DNA from: an uncultured Pseudomonadota bacterium
GTDB taxonomy: Bacteria; Vulcanimicrobiota; Vulcanimicrobiia; Eremiobacterales; Eremiobacteraceae
Reading direction: 5' to 3'
Length of the DNA stretch: 64,000 nt
Assembly: GCA_963736005.1 (NCBI GenBank)
Contig: CAVTNB010000001.1
Location: forward strand, 1,376,001 to 1,440,000
Shown here in pieces: positions 41,353-53,226 of this stretch (position 1 is the first letter of the stretch; each line of letters begins with the position of its first letter). The position numbers and the translations under genes are program-made. The notes below the pieces were generated by a model. The model was given only the letters and a program-made list of their open reading frames with translations, was not told where the DNA came from and did not search any database.

Positions 41353-41413
41353 AACTTTAATACATTGGCCCTGAGCATAGCCGCGGAGAACCACCTCTAG
41401 ACCCGTGGTCCGC

Positions 41414-42283
41414 TCAAACCGATGCTCGTTTGCGGAAGAGGTAGTCGGCCAAGGCTTCCTTCCAGGAACGCGGGTGCAGACCGAGACCCTCAAGCTTGTC
41501 ACTCGCGAGTACTGAGTAGGGAGGGCGTGGGGCTTTCCCTCCAACGTCCGCGGCGTGGACAGGTGTGGCTCGCACGGGTGAACCAATAAGCTCAAAGATC
41601 GCGTTCGCAAATTCGCACCACGTGCATTCACCGCCGTTTGCAAGGTGATAGACACCAAACGGTGCGCGCGCCTGCACGATCTTCACCAGCAATGTAGCCG
41701 CATCGCTCGCCGACGTCGGTGCCATAACAATATCATTGACCACACGAGGGGATTCTCCGGCGCGCGCTTTCGCAACCATCGTCTCGACAAAATTGCCGCC
41801 TTTTCCGCTACTGCCTGCGACTCCGAATACTGCTGACATTCTCACAATATAATGATGAGGGTTTGCCATCCGCACCAGCATCTCGCCTGCTTGTTTAGTC
41901 ATGCCGTAGACGTTCAACGGATGAGCCACGTCGCTCTCGACATATGGCTTGCTCTGAGCACCATCAAAAACAAAATCGGTACTTATGTAGACAGCTGCCG
42001 CGTTGCGACGACGTGCTTCAGCGCTGACGCGGTGTGCAGCAATGGCATTGACTGACAATGCACGATCGGGTTTGTCCTCGCACTCATCGGTGCGGTGAAA
42101 TGCCGCCGTGTTCACGACAACGTCGCCCTCCCGTAGAGATGACAAGGCGCGTTCGACACTGGCTTGATCGGTGACTTCGATGTTGGTATGCTCGAGTTCA
42201 AGGGTCTCCATGCCGGCAGACTGTGCGGCGCGCACGACCTCACTGCCGACTTGCCCATTCGAACCGATCACTGCTATGCGCAT
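41414..42283 (-). CDS. rfbD: dTDP-4-dehydrorhamnose reductase
   Basis: GSNGQVG, YISTDFVFDG, YGMTK..GE, GNFVETM, RPPYSVL. Confidence 0.9.
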   Translation of the reverse strand: MRIAVIGSNGQVGSEVVRAAQSAGMETLELEHTNIEVTDQASVERALSSLREGDVVVNTAAFHRTDECEDKPDRALSVNAIAAHRVSAEARRRNAAAVYISTDFVFDGAQSKPYVESDVAHPLNVYGMTKQAGEMLVRMANPHHYIVRMSAVFGVAGSSGKGGNFVETMVAKARAGESPRVVNDIVMAPTSASDAATLLVKIVQARAPFGVYHLANGGECTWCEFANAIFELIGSPVRATPVHAADVGGKAPRPPYSVLASDKLEGLGLHPRSWKEALADYLFRKRASV

Positions 42284-42292
42284 CGTGCTCCT

Positions 42293-42422
42293 CGCGCGAA
42301 TTTATTCGCGCGCCTGTCGCGAATGAATTCGCGACACTACATTACGTTCTCCGAAGTCGCGAATGAATTCGCGACACTACATTACGTTCTCCGAAGTCGC
42401 GAATGAATTCGCGACACTACAT
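42293..42422 (-). repeat. REP array: one palindrome plus three tandem 40-bp units
   Basis: Unit GTCGCGAATGAATTCGCGACACTACATTACGTTCTCCGAA; the ATGTAG of the gene-proximal unit is the Met-stop of pdp. Confidence 0.92.
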
Positions 42423-43715
42423 TGGGTTGACGTGGAGGCGGGCGAGAACCACGGGGCGAGCTTGCGGGGCTAATTTGCCAATGCGCACGGCGGCCCGAAC
42501 CCGTTCGCCCAGTGCTTGCGCCTGGTTGCCAAAGACTCCCATAAGCACCTCTCCCTTTTTCACCGTCTCACCCTCCCGCTTATACAATCTGATGCCCGCG
42601 CGACGATGACTCTTCTCCGCGCTCTGAGCGGCAACGACAGCCTCGCCGATCGCACGGCCATCGACCGAAGTAACGAGGCCGCTCTCGGGGGCCTCGATCG
42701 CGATCTCCGGATCCACCGGGCGCTCGAATGCCAGCAGATTGCCGCCTTGCGCCTGCACCATGGCGGCGAAGCGCTCGTAGGCTGTGCCATCGCGGAGCGC
42801 ATGCCGCAAGACTGCAACGTAACGTGGTTCGAGCTGTGGTTGCTCGGCGTGCCGGATCGCAAGCATCGCCTCCGCAACGGCGAGCGCTGCATCGCACAAG
42901 CGTCCTTCGTCGTGGCCTTGGAGCACTCGCAACGCTTCGTCCAACTCTAATGCGTCGCCCACGGACGACGCAAGCGGCGAATCCATGTCGGTCACGAGCA
43001 CCGTGATCGTCCGACCCAGCCTGGCGCCAACGTGCAAGATCGTGTCAGCAAGCTCGCGCGCGGCCTCCACCGTCTGCATGAAAGCGCAACGGCCCGCTTT
43101 GACGTCGATGACAAGATACGGAGCGCCGCCCGCAATCTTCTTGCTCAAGATACTCGCTGCTATCAACGGAACGCTCGCAACCGTCTGCGTGCGGTGCCGC
43201 AGCGCGTACATCTTCTTGTCCGCGGGTGCAAGGCTTTCGCTTGCGGAGACGATCGCGCAACCGACCTCCGCAACCTGCGCTTTGAAAGCCTCGATGGAAA
43301 GTGAGGTCGTCAATCCTGGAATGCACTCGAGTTTGTCGAGCGTGCCTCCTGTATGCCCAAGCCCTCGCCCCGAAAGTTTTGCGACCTTCACGCCGCACGC
43401 GGCGGCAAGCGGCACGGCGATCAGGCTCACTGCATCACCGACCCCGCCGGTGGAGTGCTTGTCGACGATCGTTCCGATCGCGCCGGCCCAGCTGATGGTG
43501 GTTCCCGAATGCGCCATGGCGTCGGTCAGCCATGCCGTTTCCTCAATCGTCATGCCGGCCGCCATGACTGCGCGCAGCCAAAGGGTGAAGGTTTCGTCAT
43601 CGACGTGGCCGCCAGAATAACCGGTAACGAGCGCGTCGATCTCATCGCGTGAATGTTGCGCACCCGCCCGCTTGCGTTTGGCAAGCCCGCGAACGTCGAT
43701 AGCGTGTTTGGTCAA
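42417..43715 (-). CDS. pdp: Pyrimidine-nucleoside/thymidine phosphorylase
   Basis: DKHSTGGVGD, SGRGLGHTGGTLDKLE, PLIAASILSKK. Confidence 0.92.
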   Translation of the reverse strand: MTKHAIDVRGLAKRKRAGAQHSRDEIDALVTGYSGGHVDDETFTLWLRAVMAAGMTIEETAWLTDAMAHSGTTISWAGAIGTIVDKHSTGGVGDAVSLIAVPLAAACGVKVAKLSGRGLGHTGGTLDKLECIPGLTTSLSIEAFKAQVAEVGCAIVSASESLAPADKKMYALRHRTQTVASVPLIAASILSKKIAGGAPYLVIDVKAGRCAFMQTVEAARELADTILHVGARLGRTITVLVTDMDSPLASSVGDALELDEALRVLQGHDEGRLCDAALAVAEAMLAIRHAEQPQLEPRYVAVLRHALRDGTAYERFAAMVQAQGGNLLAFERPVDPEIAIEAPESGLVTSVDGRAIGEAVVAAQSAEKSHRRAGIRLYKREGETVKKGEVLMGVFGNQAQALGERVRAAVRIGKLAPQARPVVLARLHVNPM

Positions 43716-44543
43716 TCGGGGTTGCTCTCGATGACGCCTTCGACGATCGTCCGCACCGAAGCGAGCGACTGCTCGACCGTGTGCAGCACCTCTTCGTGGC
43801 TGACGTCGGGCGCCTGATGGCGGCGTCGAGGAAACGCATCGTTGGCAATAACGGATAGCCCCAAGACGCGCAGTCCCATCTGTCGAGCAGCCATGACTTC
43901 AGGCACGGTCGACATACCGACGGCATCCGCCCCCAGCGTGTAGAGCATGCGCAGTTCCGCTTCGGTTTCGTAGGATGGCCCGCTCAGCGCCGCATACACG
44001 CCTTGCTGCAGTTTTATGCCGTCGCGGCGAGCAGCCCAAGGGCAAGTTCGAAAGCTCGAGATCGTACGCATCGCGCATCGCGACGAACCGTTGCGCCCCA
44101 ACAGGCAGTTCAAGACTGCGCAGCGGGTTATCCCCCATGAGGTTGAGATGGTCGCGGATGAGCATGAGATCGCCAGCGGCGAAGTCCTGATTAAGACCGC
44201 CTGCCGCATTGGTCACGATAAAAATTGATGCACCAAGTGCGTGTGCAACGTAGGCTGGAAACGCAGCATCGCGCATCGTGAGCCCCTCGTAGTAATGCGC
44301 GCGGCCACGGAAGACTACCACGGCCACGCCGCCTTGCGAATGCCCAAAGACCAGCTGGCCGTGATGGCCGGCAACCGAGCTATGCGGAAAATTGGGAATG
44401 TCCGCATAGTCGAGCGTTTTTTCGACCTTGAGCCAATCGACAGCCTCGCCAAAGCCAGAGCCCAGAACGATAGCAAATTTCGGACGCAGTTTCGTCTGCT
44501 TGGCGAGGAAATTTTTGGTCAGGGCAAGCCCGAGGCTAGACAC
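43712..44543 (-). CDS. punA: Purine-nucleoside phosphorylase, trimeric type (frameshift near 44040)
   Basis: VLGSG, GRAHYYEG, TNAAGG, then GPSYET.AE and AVGMSTVPE in a second frame. Confidence 0.9.
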
Positions 44544-44552
44544 GAGTGCCTT

Positions 44553-46115
44553 CTATGCGGAGGTCGCGCTTGGGTGTGCGCGCGAGGTGATGACCGCCCA
44601 CAATTCGGAGAGTTCTCGAATGCGCAGGGCAGCGCCGACCAGGAGAAACGTCACCGCACCGGCGAGGATCGCAAGCGCGAGGACAGCACAGTGCTGCCAA
44701 AACGGCGCCGACACATGCCAGAGCGCAGTTGCGACGGATGACGAAATCACTGCCATCGCTGCCGACGCAACCGCCGTCGAAGCAAACGAAGTTCCGGCAA
44801 ACTCCCCGTCCGCAACGCCGATTCGCTGAATCAAAAGATACCCGAGCAGGGCTGCCTCGACAAGCGACGCCAAGGAGTTCGACGCCGCCAAGCCATTGAT
44901 GCCAAACTGCCGCACCGTCAGGGCCGAGCACACAACGTTGAGCGCGACGACGCCGCTCGCGACGATGACGGGCGTCTTCGAATCGTGCATGGCAAAGAAA
45001 CATCGCGTCAGGACGATACTGGCGGCAATGCCCAAGAGCCCAATGGCATAGAACTGCATGGCTCCCGCCGTGCGGACGACGTCACCCGACGTAAATTCGC
45101 CACGCTCGAACAGGACGCTGATAATTGGTCGCGCCAGCGCGATGAGCGCGAATGCAGAGGGGATCGTAATGAGCGCGGTGATGCGCAGACCGGAGAACGC
45201 CGTGGACCGCAGCGACTCCCGCTCGCTCTTGGCAAAATGCGCCGAGAGTATGGGAAACATGACGGTTGCAATCGCGACAGCGAAGAGTTGCTGGGGAAAG
45301 CCGACCACTTTAGTTGCGTATTGCATGGCCGCGATATTTCCAGGCAAAAGCGTCGAGGCAAAATACTTGTCGAACAACAAGTTAATTTGACCCGCCGCCG
45401 AGCCCACGATGATCGGCCCGACGATGAAAGCCAAGGTGCGCAAGCCTGGATGGTGCAGGTCCAGGACAAACCGATACTTGCAGCGCTTGAAGTAATTTGG
45501 CAACTGGACGGCGAGCTGCGCAAAGAGGCCAACCGCGGTGCCGAACACCAAGGCGTATATGCCGTAAGCCTGGTAGAGCAGCAGCACTCCCGCGATCGTG
45601 ACAAGGTTCAGCGCAGCGCCTTGCAACGAAGCGGCGCGAAAGCTGCGCTGCGCGTTGAGCAGCGCTTGGACCACGCCAGCAATCGATGTCGCTACGATCG
45701 TTGGCATGAGGATGCGGGTCATGCGCACCGTTACGCCGGTTTCCGGCCCCGGGAAGCCCTTCGCGACGAGGTGGACGAGCCACGGCGCGGCGAGCCACGC
45801 GATCGCGGCGAGCACGGAGAGCACAATGATTAGGCCATTGATGACCGTGCTAGAAAAGCGCCACGCCTCTTCGTCTTTGCCTTCCGCGAAGTAGCCGCTG
45901 AAGATCGGCACGAGCGCGCTGACCAGTGCACCGTTAAACACGCCGAATACGAGGGTGGGCAAGATCGCGGCGACCAAAAACGCGTCGAGCTCCCAGCGCT
46001 CGCCGAAATATTTGGCGTTGACGACTTCCCGCGCAAACCCGAGCACCATGCTCAGGAGCATGGCGAGCATGACCGCAAACGTGGACGAAGTTACACTGCG
46101 CTTCATTGTATGCAA
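44553..46115 (-). CDS. murJ: Lipid II flippase MurJ (MviN)
   Basis: LGFAREV, DAFLVA, SALVP, LFERGEF, D.KTP motifs; about 13-14 TM helices. Confidence 0.93.
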   Translation of the reverse strand: MHTMKRSVTSSTFAVMLAMLLSMVLGFAREVVNAKYFGERWELDAFLVAAILPTLVFGVFNGALVSALVPIFSGYFAEGKDEEAWRFSSTVINGLIIVLSVLAAIAWLAAPWLVHLVAKGFPGPETGVTVRMTRILMPTIVATSIAGVVQALLNAQRSFRAASLQGAALNLVTIAGVLLLYQAYGIYALVFGTAVGLFAQLAVQLPNYFKRCKYRFVLDLHHPGLRTLAFIVGPIIVGSAAGQINLLFDKYFASTLLPGNIAAMQYATKVVGFPQQLFAVAIATVMFPILSAHFAKSERESLRSTAFSGLRITALITIPSAFALIALARPIISVLFERGEFTSGDVVRTAGAMQFYAIGLLGIAASIVLTRCFFAMHDSKTPVIVASGVVALNVVCSALTVRQFGINGLAASNSLASLVEAALLGYLLIQRIGVADGEFAGTSFASTAVASAAMAVISSSVATALWHVSAPFWQHCAVLALAILAGAVTFLLVGAALRIRELSELWAVITSRAHPSATSA

Positions 46116-46222
46116 TGCCTTACGACCCGCCAGAAACAGGTCCCTGGCCCGCCCAAAGTTCAGTGCGTCGATTCACTGGTGACGTGGTTTTATCGCGAGC
46201 GGAAAAGGTCCGCACGTGGGGG

Positions 46223-47062
46223 CTAGACGTCGAACCATACGCGCGAGATTTGGGAGAGTTTCGGTGGGGCCGCACCACGAGAGGCCGCTTTGAGGCTCCT
46301 GGCTACGAACCAAGTTCGGTTGAGAGGCTCAAAAACCGGCACCAGGTTGGCCTTCAGAAACAACTTCGTGAGCGTCACCGGCGTGAAGTACTGCAGATGT
46401 CCCTCAGGCATCACGTAGGGCGTACCTGGGATTTTGCTCACCAGTGACCAGTTTCCAGTCGTCAGGAAGATGATGCCACCGGGTTTGACATAGCTAGCTA
46501 TTGAGCACAGAAACTCTGTGGGTGATGGCACGTGCTCGATCACTTCTGTGGCGGTGATGATGTCAAAGCTTTCTTTCAATCGAGCACCCTCTGACTCCAA
46601 ATCGACCAGCGGAATGCCGCGCTTCTCACATAGTACCTTCGCCGCAGTGGCAGTCTCGGAGCCGGACGCGATAGCACCCTCGTTTCTCAGACGCTGTACG
46701 AGCTCGCCGTTTCCGCAACCTACGTCCAGGCAGTATTTCCCGTTCACACCTCCAGGCAAGGTTAATAGAGTATCAACAACCCCATCCAAAAGCGTGGTTG
46801 ATGCGCCTTCAGCATAATTGGTGGTTCTGTCAAAGCCCTGACCTATGTAGTACTGATCGTCGTAGAGTTTTGCGATATCTTCGTCACGAATGCGTGGGTT
46901 AACGTACACGAGTCCACAGTCTTCGCAGCGAACGATAGAGAAAACGTTCTGAATCAGAACACCGCGCTTTCTGAGGACGAGCCTATTGGAGGCCGATCCG
47001 CAGAGGTCACAGCGGACGTGGGTGAGAGAATCCAACGGTGCCGTAGCGGACAAAATCGCCAC
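46223..47062 (-). CDS. Class I SAM methyltransferase with N-terminal CxxC...CxxC
   Basis: CDLC...CEDCG, LDVGCGNG, EVIEHV, KPGG. Confidence 0.88.
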   Translation of the reverse strand: MAILSATAPLDSLTHVRCDLCGSASNRLVLRKRGVLIQNVFSIVRCEDCGLVYVNPRIRDEDIAKLYDDQYYIGQGFDRTTNYAEGASTTLLDGVVDTLLTLPGGVNGKYCLDVGCGNGELVQRLRNEGAIASGSETATAAKVLCEKRGIPLVDLESEGARLKESFDIITATEVIEHVPSPTEFLCSIASYVKPGGIIFLTTGNWSLVSKIPGTPYVMPEGHLQYFTPVTLTKLFLKANLVPVFEPLNRTWFVARSLKAASRGAAPPKLSQISRVWFDV

Positions 47063-47073
47063 TCTTCTTAGTC

Positions 47074-47250
47074 CTACCGCTTCCGTGGACGCCGCGCGTT
47101 TGTCACTGGCAAAGGAATGAGCGCCGCCAGCAGTAGCAGCGTAAATGCAATTGAGCCGAACACCTCGGCCGCTGGTTCATAGTTGAGGCCGTGTGCAGCG
47201 ACTGCCGCACCCATTGCGATCAGTGCTGCGGCTGGGAGAATGTTTCTCAC
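47074..47250 (-). CDS. Small 58-aa two-TM protein (not in the ORF track)
   Basis: GTG start overlapping the upstream stop (GTGA): MRNILPAAALIAMGAAVAAHGLNYEPAAEVFGSIAFTLLLLAALIPLPVTNARRPRKR. Confidence 0.65.
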   Translation of the reverse strand: MRNILPAAALIAMGAAVAAHGLNYEPAAEVFGSIAFTLLLLAALIPLPVTNARRPRKR

Positions 47251-50135
47251 GCTGATCTACGACTCCAAGCATATAGCGCAATCGCGGCTCCTAGGATGAG
47301 AAGCACGTACTGGCAAGCCACAAGCCAATTAATGATGTAAACTCTTCCCGGACCATCGCATCGCCATGCATTGCGCCAACCAGATGCGCGCGCATGTGGC
47401 AACACTAAATGGAAATGTCCGATTTCCACCGCCATCCACGTGGGATTAAACGCTTCAGACACAACGACGTTCGTTGGGCCTGTGGTTTGCAGGTTCACAA
47501 CCGCCCCAAGCCCCAGAGGCAACGGAGCATGTGCAAGGGCGACGTTGTGGTCGAACTTATTTTGGATTATGTCCTTCGACGGAGAATCGGATTCGATTTG
47601 CACGCTTGCTATGGGTTCGCCGCCGTAGCGCGCCGCAAAGTTTAACCTCAATATTGTCATCTTCCGCGCATCCAGTTCCGTGAGTTCTCTGCCAATGTTT
47701 CCCATGCAGCTTCTTATTAAATCGTTCAGAGAATACTCAGTTTCATCCCCAAGAATCGTGAAACATCGATAGACATCGCGTCGTAGTTCAACGTCAATGA
47801 CCCAGCCTGTCGATTGCCCCTCGCCGCTAAGGGGGCTTACCATCATGTTCGGGTTTGTCATGGGTGATACATTGAGATCAAACCCGCGCAGCCTCGACAG
47901 ATCGCTCTTTGTGTTTGCCGGCTGCAGGCTCTTTATGACGGAGAAGAGCACTTCGTGCACCCTCGGTCGGGCGCGCTGATCTTGAAAGTAGCGGGGCGGA
48001 AGAAATTGTTGCAAGTTTCTTACAAATGACGACGGTTCGGAAAGAACAAAATGGGAGAGTCCGGAGCGCAAGGTGAGGCCCTCAAAACGCACCCACCGGC
48101 TTGCGGGTGATGGTGCAAGAAGCACAAACCGATGTTGACCGTCGTCCGTGCTCAATGCGTAGCGCGTAGGAAATCGTGGCCAAACCGCCACGAAGATGTC
48201 CAAGGTCAGGGAACCCGGTGCGGGGTTCACGACGTCATACGTGACGCTTGTGCTCGTCGTCGCAGTACGACCCACGATCGCAGGAATTGAAAGACCGCCG
48301 AACGCACCCAGGTATCGCATGGATCGGTACGAGATGACGCGCACCCGCTTTGCTTGTTTGTTTGGAACCGTGCTCCATGACTGGCTTAACCCACTTACGG
48401 TTTGCACGTATGGCTCGGGTGGACCAAGATCGTAAAGCTCGAGTGCGCCGAACACGCGAGGAGGTACACCAAAAAGACCCGCAGATTCCCTGGAACTGTT
48501 CGAAAGCCGTGTAAGAGGCTAACGTCATTACGAACGACTACGTAACGGACACCGATTTCATGCAAAATTCCACAATTGGTGTCGAGCGACTATTGATCGC
48601 CTTGATGAGCATCAAGTTTATATCGCGAGCTTCCGGCGTTTGAGTGTACGTAACGGAGCTCCGGGCATAAGAACCTCACGGTGAAACAACGCTACTGGAA
48701 CAAGTCGACGCCGTGGTAACCCCAATCGTAGTCGACTTGATAGAAATCGTCGGCCGGCAGAATGAGGACACCTCCGCTGCTGTCGTCGTTGTTGAGTTGA
48801 CCTTGGAGCGAGACCCAATCCCCGGGAAGGCGAACGTGAACGTTTGGCAAGAAGTTCATCTGCTCGTGAAAGATTGCGCCCGTCACAGTGGCCAGGTTGC
48901 TTAGAAACGCCGAGGAGACAGCCACGATGACAAAGACGCTCCCAGCAATCCGTTCTGTCAGTGTTTGGCCACGCCCGAAAGCGGCTTGAATCCCCATCCC
49001 TAGGGCGATTGCCATACAGAGCGCAGCTATCAGGATGGGTCCATACGGCTCGATAAACAAAAACATGCCTGGCAGATGATAAAACGCGAGGTTCAAGGCC
49101 GCCAGCGGCGGGTGCAAGCCTTTCGCCAGGAACAACATCACAAGCGCAAGGGCGGTCGCAAATCCAGTAACGACCCTGGAAAAACCTCGTGTTAAGAGCA
49201 ACGCAACGCCTAGACCTGCGGCGGGAACAAATCCCGTCGCATATAGCAACCAGTTCTTGTCGAATTCCACCGCCCATGGGTTGTATTGGGATATCGCCAG
49301 AACCATGTCGCGCAAAAGCGTAGTTCGTTCAAGAGGCTAGCGCGCGCGAATGTCCACGCAAGCGATAAGGGATCGGTTTGGTGAGTTATGAGTACACCCA
49401 TGTACGAAACAATATTAGGCACCACCCACCACAGACTCGCAACGGTAATCAGCGCTGCCGTGCCGCCGACCCACCTCCAAAATGCTGGCCCGTCGAGTGC
49501 GAACGTGGACGCAAAACCGGTCCATACGAGAGCTCCTAAAAGCAAAGCGACAAGCAGTGAGGCGTGATCGCCAAAATGACGAGGATGCCAAAGCTCAAGG
49601 TCGTTAACCCGCCGCAATGTAGCGCCGGCTCGCCGCTGAAAGAGCCGCCTGCATTATCCAAAAGAAGACCGATGGAAGTATGGCCGCGCACACATCGCCG
49701 GTCGAAAACATCCCTATCATTGACTGGCGCGCAGGATTGAATGCATAGACCCAAGCGGCAGCAAACGCCGCAGGTGGTGGCGCCCCCAAGACCTCGACAC
49801 ATTTGTAAGCGCCGAGCCACGACGCCAGCACGGGCAGCGTGAACATCAGGGCTTGCCCGTAACTTGGACCGAAGAGGCGCTCGAGGAATGCGAGCAGCGC
49901 ATAATACGGCGTCCAGGAGAAACAGTTGTCAACGGAGCCGATAAATGAGTGAACGTGATTCCAAACCGTTACGCATTTTCGCAGCATGGTGGCAGCATCG
50001 TACGGGGGCGCAAGGTCGATTTGGGCTATCGTCGTCGGCGGCTGTGCCCAATGCAAACCAATGAGCAGCAAGATCGCCATCGACGGCAGAACGTCAACTC
50101 CACACTGCTTGTGAGTTGCGCGGACGCAAGGACAT
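47247..50135 (-). pseudogene. GT-C-like (AftD/DUF3367/YfhO-like) multi-pass membrane protein, copy 1; multiple frameshifts (may be assembly errors)
   Basis: Collinear fragments: AAWVYAFNP TM region, LFIEPY, GVLILP...YDWGY, C-terminal VVSEAFNPTW...H..ASGWRNAW plus TM. Confidence 0.65.
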
Positions 50136-50944
50136 GTTTGTCACTGCTCGTTTTAATTGGGTTCCGGGCAGGCCCCTCTCCTTTTGGCACGTAAGCCCTC
50201 GCGACAATGAACGTGCCTGCGGAAATCGCCGAGCGTTTTATGCGCATCGGGTGACCGACGTACCAAAGCTCGATGATCGCATGCGTCGCCTGGTCGCTGC
50301 GTGTCTCAAGATTGCGCCCCGACGCGTTCTTGACGTCGGCTGCGGGCGTGGCTTCCTTCTAGGGCAGTTAAAGGAACAATTGCCCGGACTTGAATGTTAT
50401 GGCATAGAGTTAACCCCGTCATCGGCAGCGATCGCTGCAGCCGCTGGCATAACCGTTTTTGAACGTGACATCGCAGTTGGAATTCCGCTTCCCGATAAAA
50501 ATTTAGATCTAGTGATCATGGGCGAAATCATTGAACACGTTTTCGACCCGGACGCATGCCTCGATGAGGTACGCCGTGTGCTGCGACCTGGGGGTTGGTT
50601 AATCGTGACGACTCCCAATCTTGCGAGTTGGCTGAACAGGCTCTTGCTACTCGTCGGTATTCAGCCTGTGTTCACAGAAACAAGCACGCGAAAGAAGTAC
50701 GGCCACGCGTTTTCGGCTCTCGGCCAAGGGAAGACTGATACGCAGGGTCACTTGAGGCTCTACACGCTAGGCGCATTGAAGGAGTTGCTCCGACGATCGA
50801 GGCTTTGCGGTGAGGCGCGCAAGTGGTTATAAGTTTTATCTGCTGGCAGAGCATCCCTTAGCGAACATCGTCGAGAGCGCGTTCCGCCTTCGTCCGACTC
50901 TCGCAAGCGCGTTTATCGTCGTGGCTCAAAAGAATACGGATTAG
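50116..50944 (+). CDS. Class I SAM methyltransferase (frameshift near 50800; start uncertain)
   Basis: VLDVGCGRG, EIIEHV, LRPGG..IVTTPNLASW.NR; second frame continues to TAG at 50944. Confidence 0.87.
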
Positions 50945-53225
50945 GTTCGTTTCCGGCGAAGTGCCACGATTCCGAGACCGACGACCCACAACGCTCCAAA
51001 TAGTTCCAATACCGCCTCAGCCGCCGCGGCCTGATCGAGGAGCCAAATCGTCGTGGATGTCGTTCTTTGCGGCAATAACCATCCATTAACGGTCGCATCG
51101 ATTCTCATATGCGGCAAGACGCGTCCATCCATGAGCGCAATCCAATTGCGGTCGTACGCCTCGTTCAGGCGCACGGCGCCAGGTCGACCTGCGGTAACGC
51201 TGACTTCGATGAGCCATGGAAGCCGATCGAGGAATGACACTGCAGTCCCGTTTGCGGCGCGCGGCGTCGAGGGGACACCTGCCGGCGGAAAGCCCTGGGT
51301 TGCGACGGCGCACAAACCGATACAGCGCAAGGCAGTGACTCCAGCAGGGATCACGACCCAATGGTAGCTGCCCGTTGTGTTACTCACCAAACGTCCGTCT
51401 TGACCAACAAGTGCACCACGGACCCACACAAGCGCCTGCGCCCGCGCGTCAATATTCAACATATCTGAGGGTGAGGTCGTGACCGCGCCGCCAAAGGCTT
51501 GCGCGACTTGCGGTATACTCGCGAACGAAAGCCGTGCGTCCACCCAGCCATCTTGCGCGCGGACGAATCTGTTCGATGGCGTAACAGGAATCAAGGTGCG
51601 GTACTCTCCACGCCGCCGGTACTCCGACGCCTCGCACCTGGACGGCGTCCGCGAAGAACACTGCTCCTGCGCCAAGCACGTCGTCCACGCTTCCCAGACG
51701 CGGGATTGGTAACAATGTGACCAACGGTTGCGCATTAAGTCGAGCACCTTGCAGCGGCATCGAGGCGGTGTATGCCGTGCTCACAGCGCGTTGATATTTC
51801 AGCGCTGCACTGTCGCTGGCCAGCCAGGGCCGAGCAAAGATTCGACCGCACCAAGCGCCGCGAGCGATCTGCTATCACCGGTAAGTGCAAAACGCGCAAG
51901 TGAAGCATCAACAGGATAAGTGGGCAGCTCGTATTCAAGGGCGCACTGCCAAGCCGCACGTAAGCATCGGGATCTAGGCCCGAGCCTTGCCCCCGAAAAA
52001 CCAAGGGCTGGAACGCTGGAACAAGCGCGTAACGAGTGGCCTGTGGAAGGGTCACGCGAAGTTCGGGAATCAAGCGAGCGGGAACCCACCATTGCCATGG
52101 CGAGTGCACCAACCAAGTCGCAGCGAGCACGATTCCCGCGATCAGAACCACGCCGCCGAGAACCCAATTGCGGACCGTCGCAAGAGCAACTAAGACAATG
52201 TAACTGATACCAGTGAACCCCAGAACATCGTAGAGTTCTCGATAGAGCATCGTGGCAGGAAAGTGCGCGAAGGTCCACGCTTGTGAGCTTCCAAGGGGCC
52301 CGAGCAAACCCGTTGCAAACACGAGCGAAGTCAAACCAAGCACCGCGGCGAGCTTCGCCCAAGGTTCGCGCCACATCACGGCACAACCCAGAGTGGCAAT
52401 GATGACGATCGCCCACATCGGCCAGAAGACGACGCGTGCGACGCTTTGATCGTAGCCTGCGAAGTAGCCAGTGAGTATTGCTGCGGCGTACGGCGGCACC
52501 GACTGCGCTTTTTCCCAAGCGAGCGTCTGAGGCACGAAGCGGAATGCGGAGTATTCAGCGATCAACGATAGTCCAATGGGGGTGGCAATTGCGATCGCGG
52601 TGGCAAATGGGAGCCACTGCTTTCGCCGCATCGCTAGTGCAAGGTCAATCAGCAGCGCGGGAATAAAAAATTGCAGTTGCGACAAAGTCAGACAAGTCAA
52701 CAGGGCCGCGCTGGCCGGATGAAACTCACGACGCCGTGCCTCAGCTAAGAGGCATATGATCGCGCCGTAGGCGAGCACCATGTACATATGGCCGGCGACT
52801 ATCTCTGTGTACGTAAATGGGTTGAAGGTCGCCACCAATGCCAAGCCTGCGCGCGCAACTGGGCCGGCTCCGAGCGTGCCGGCGAGCCTACTCGCACCAA
52901 GAGCGCACGCGAGCGCGGAGCCGAAAGCGAATGCGAACAATGATAGAGAGGTTCCGATCACTTTTGAAATGAGGTAGAGAGCGGCACCGACAAGATAGTC
53001 GTTGAGGTAGAGATTCGGTGCTCCGATACCTCGCACGTCCCAACCGCTCGTCGAACGGAACATGAAATCGTTCAGCGACTGCGCATTGATTGGCCAGGCC
53101 CAGTCTTGACGAAGCGCGGGAACGCCGTGGCGAGTGACGATAATTGCGACGAGCAGTGCACAGACGTACGGAATGGCAGCGCAGGACGAATGGAGCAGGG
53201 AGATGGTTCGATCTGAGAATCGCAC
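50941..53225 (-). pseudogene. GT-C-like multi-pass membrane protein, copy 2; frameshifted
   Basis: QDWAWP, ATFNPFTY, LYRELYD, C-terminal LNEAYDRNW...HMRIDATVNGW plus TM, across ORFs 51735-53288, 51799-52518 and 50941-51747. Confidence 0.65.
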
Positions 53226-53226
53226 G

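Noticed and set aside
41350..41400. Selenocysteine or readthrough at the in-frame TGA
   Set aside because: No SECIS-like hairpin or redox motif seen; compensating indel errors are the simpler explanation.
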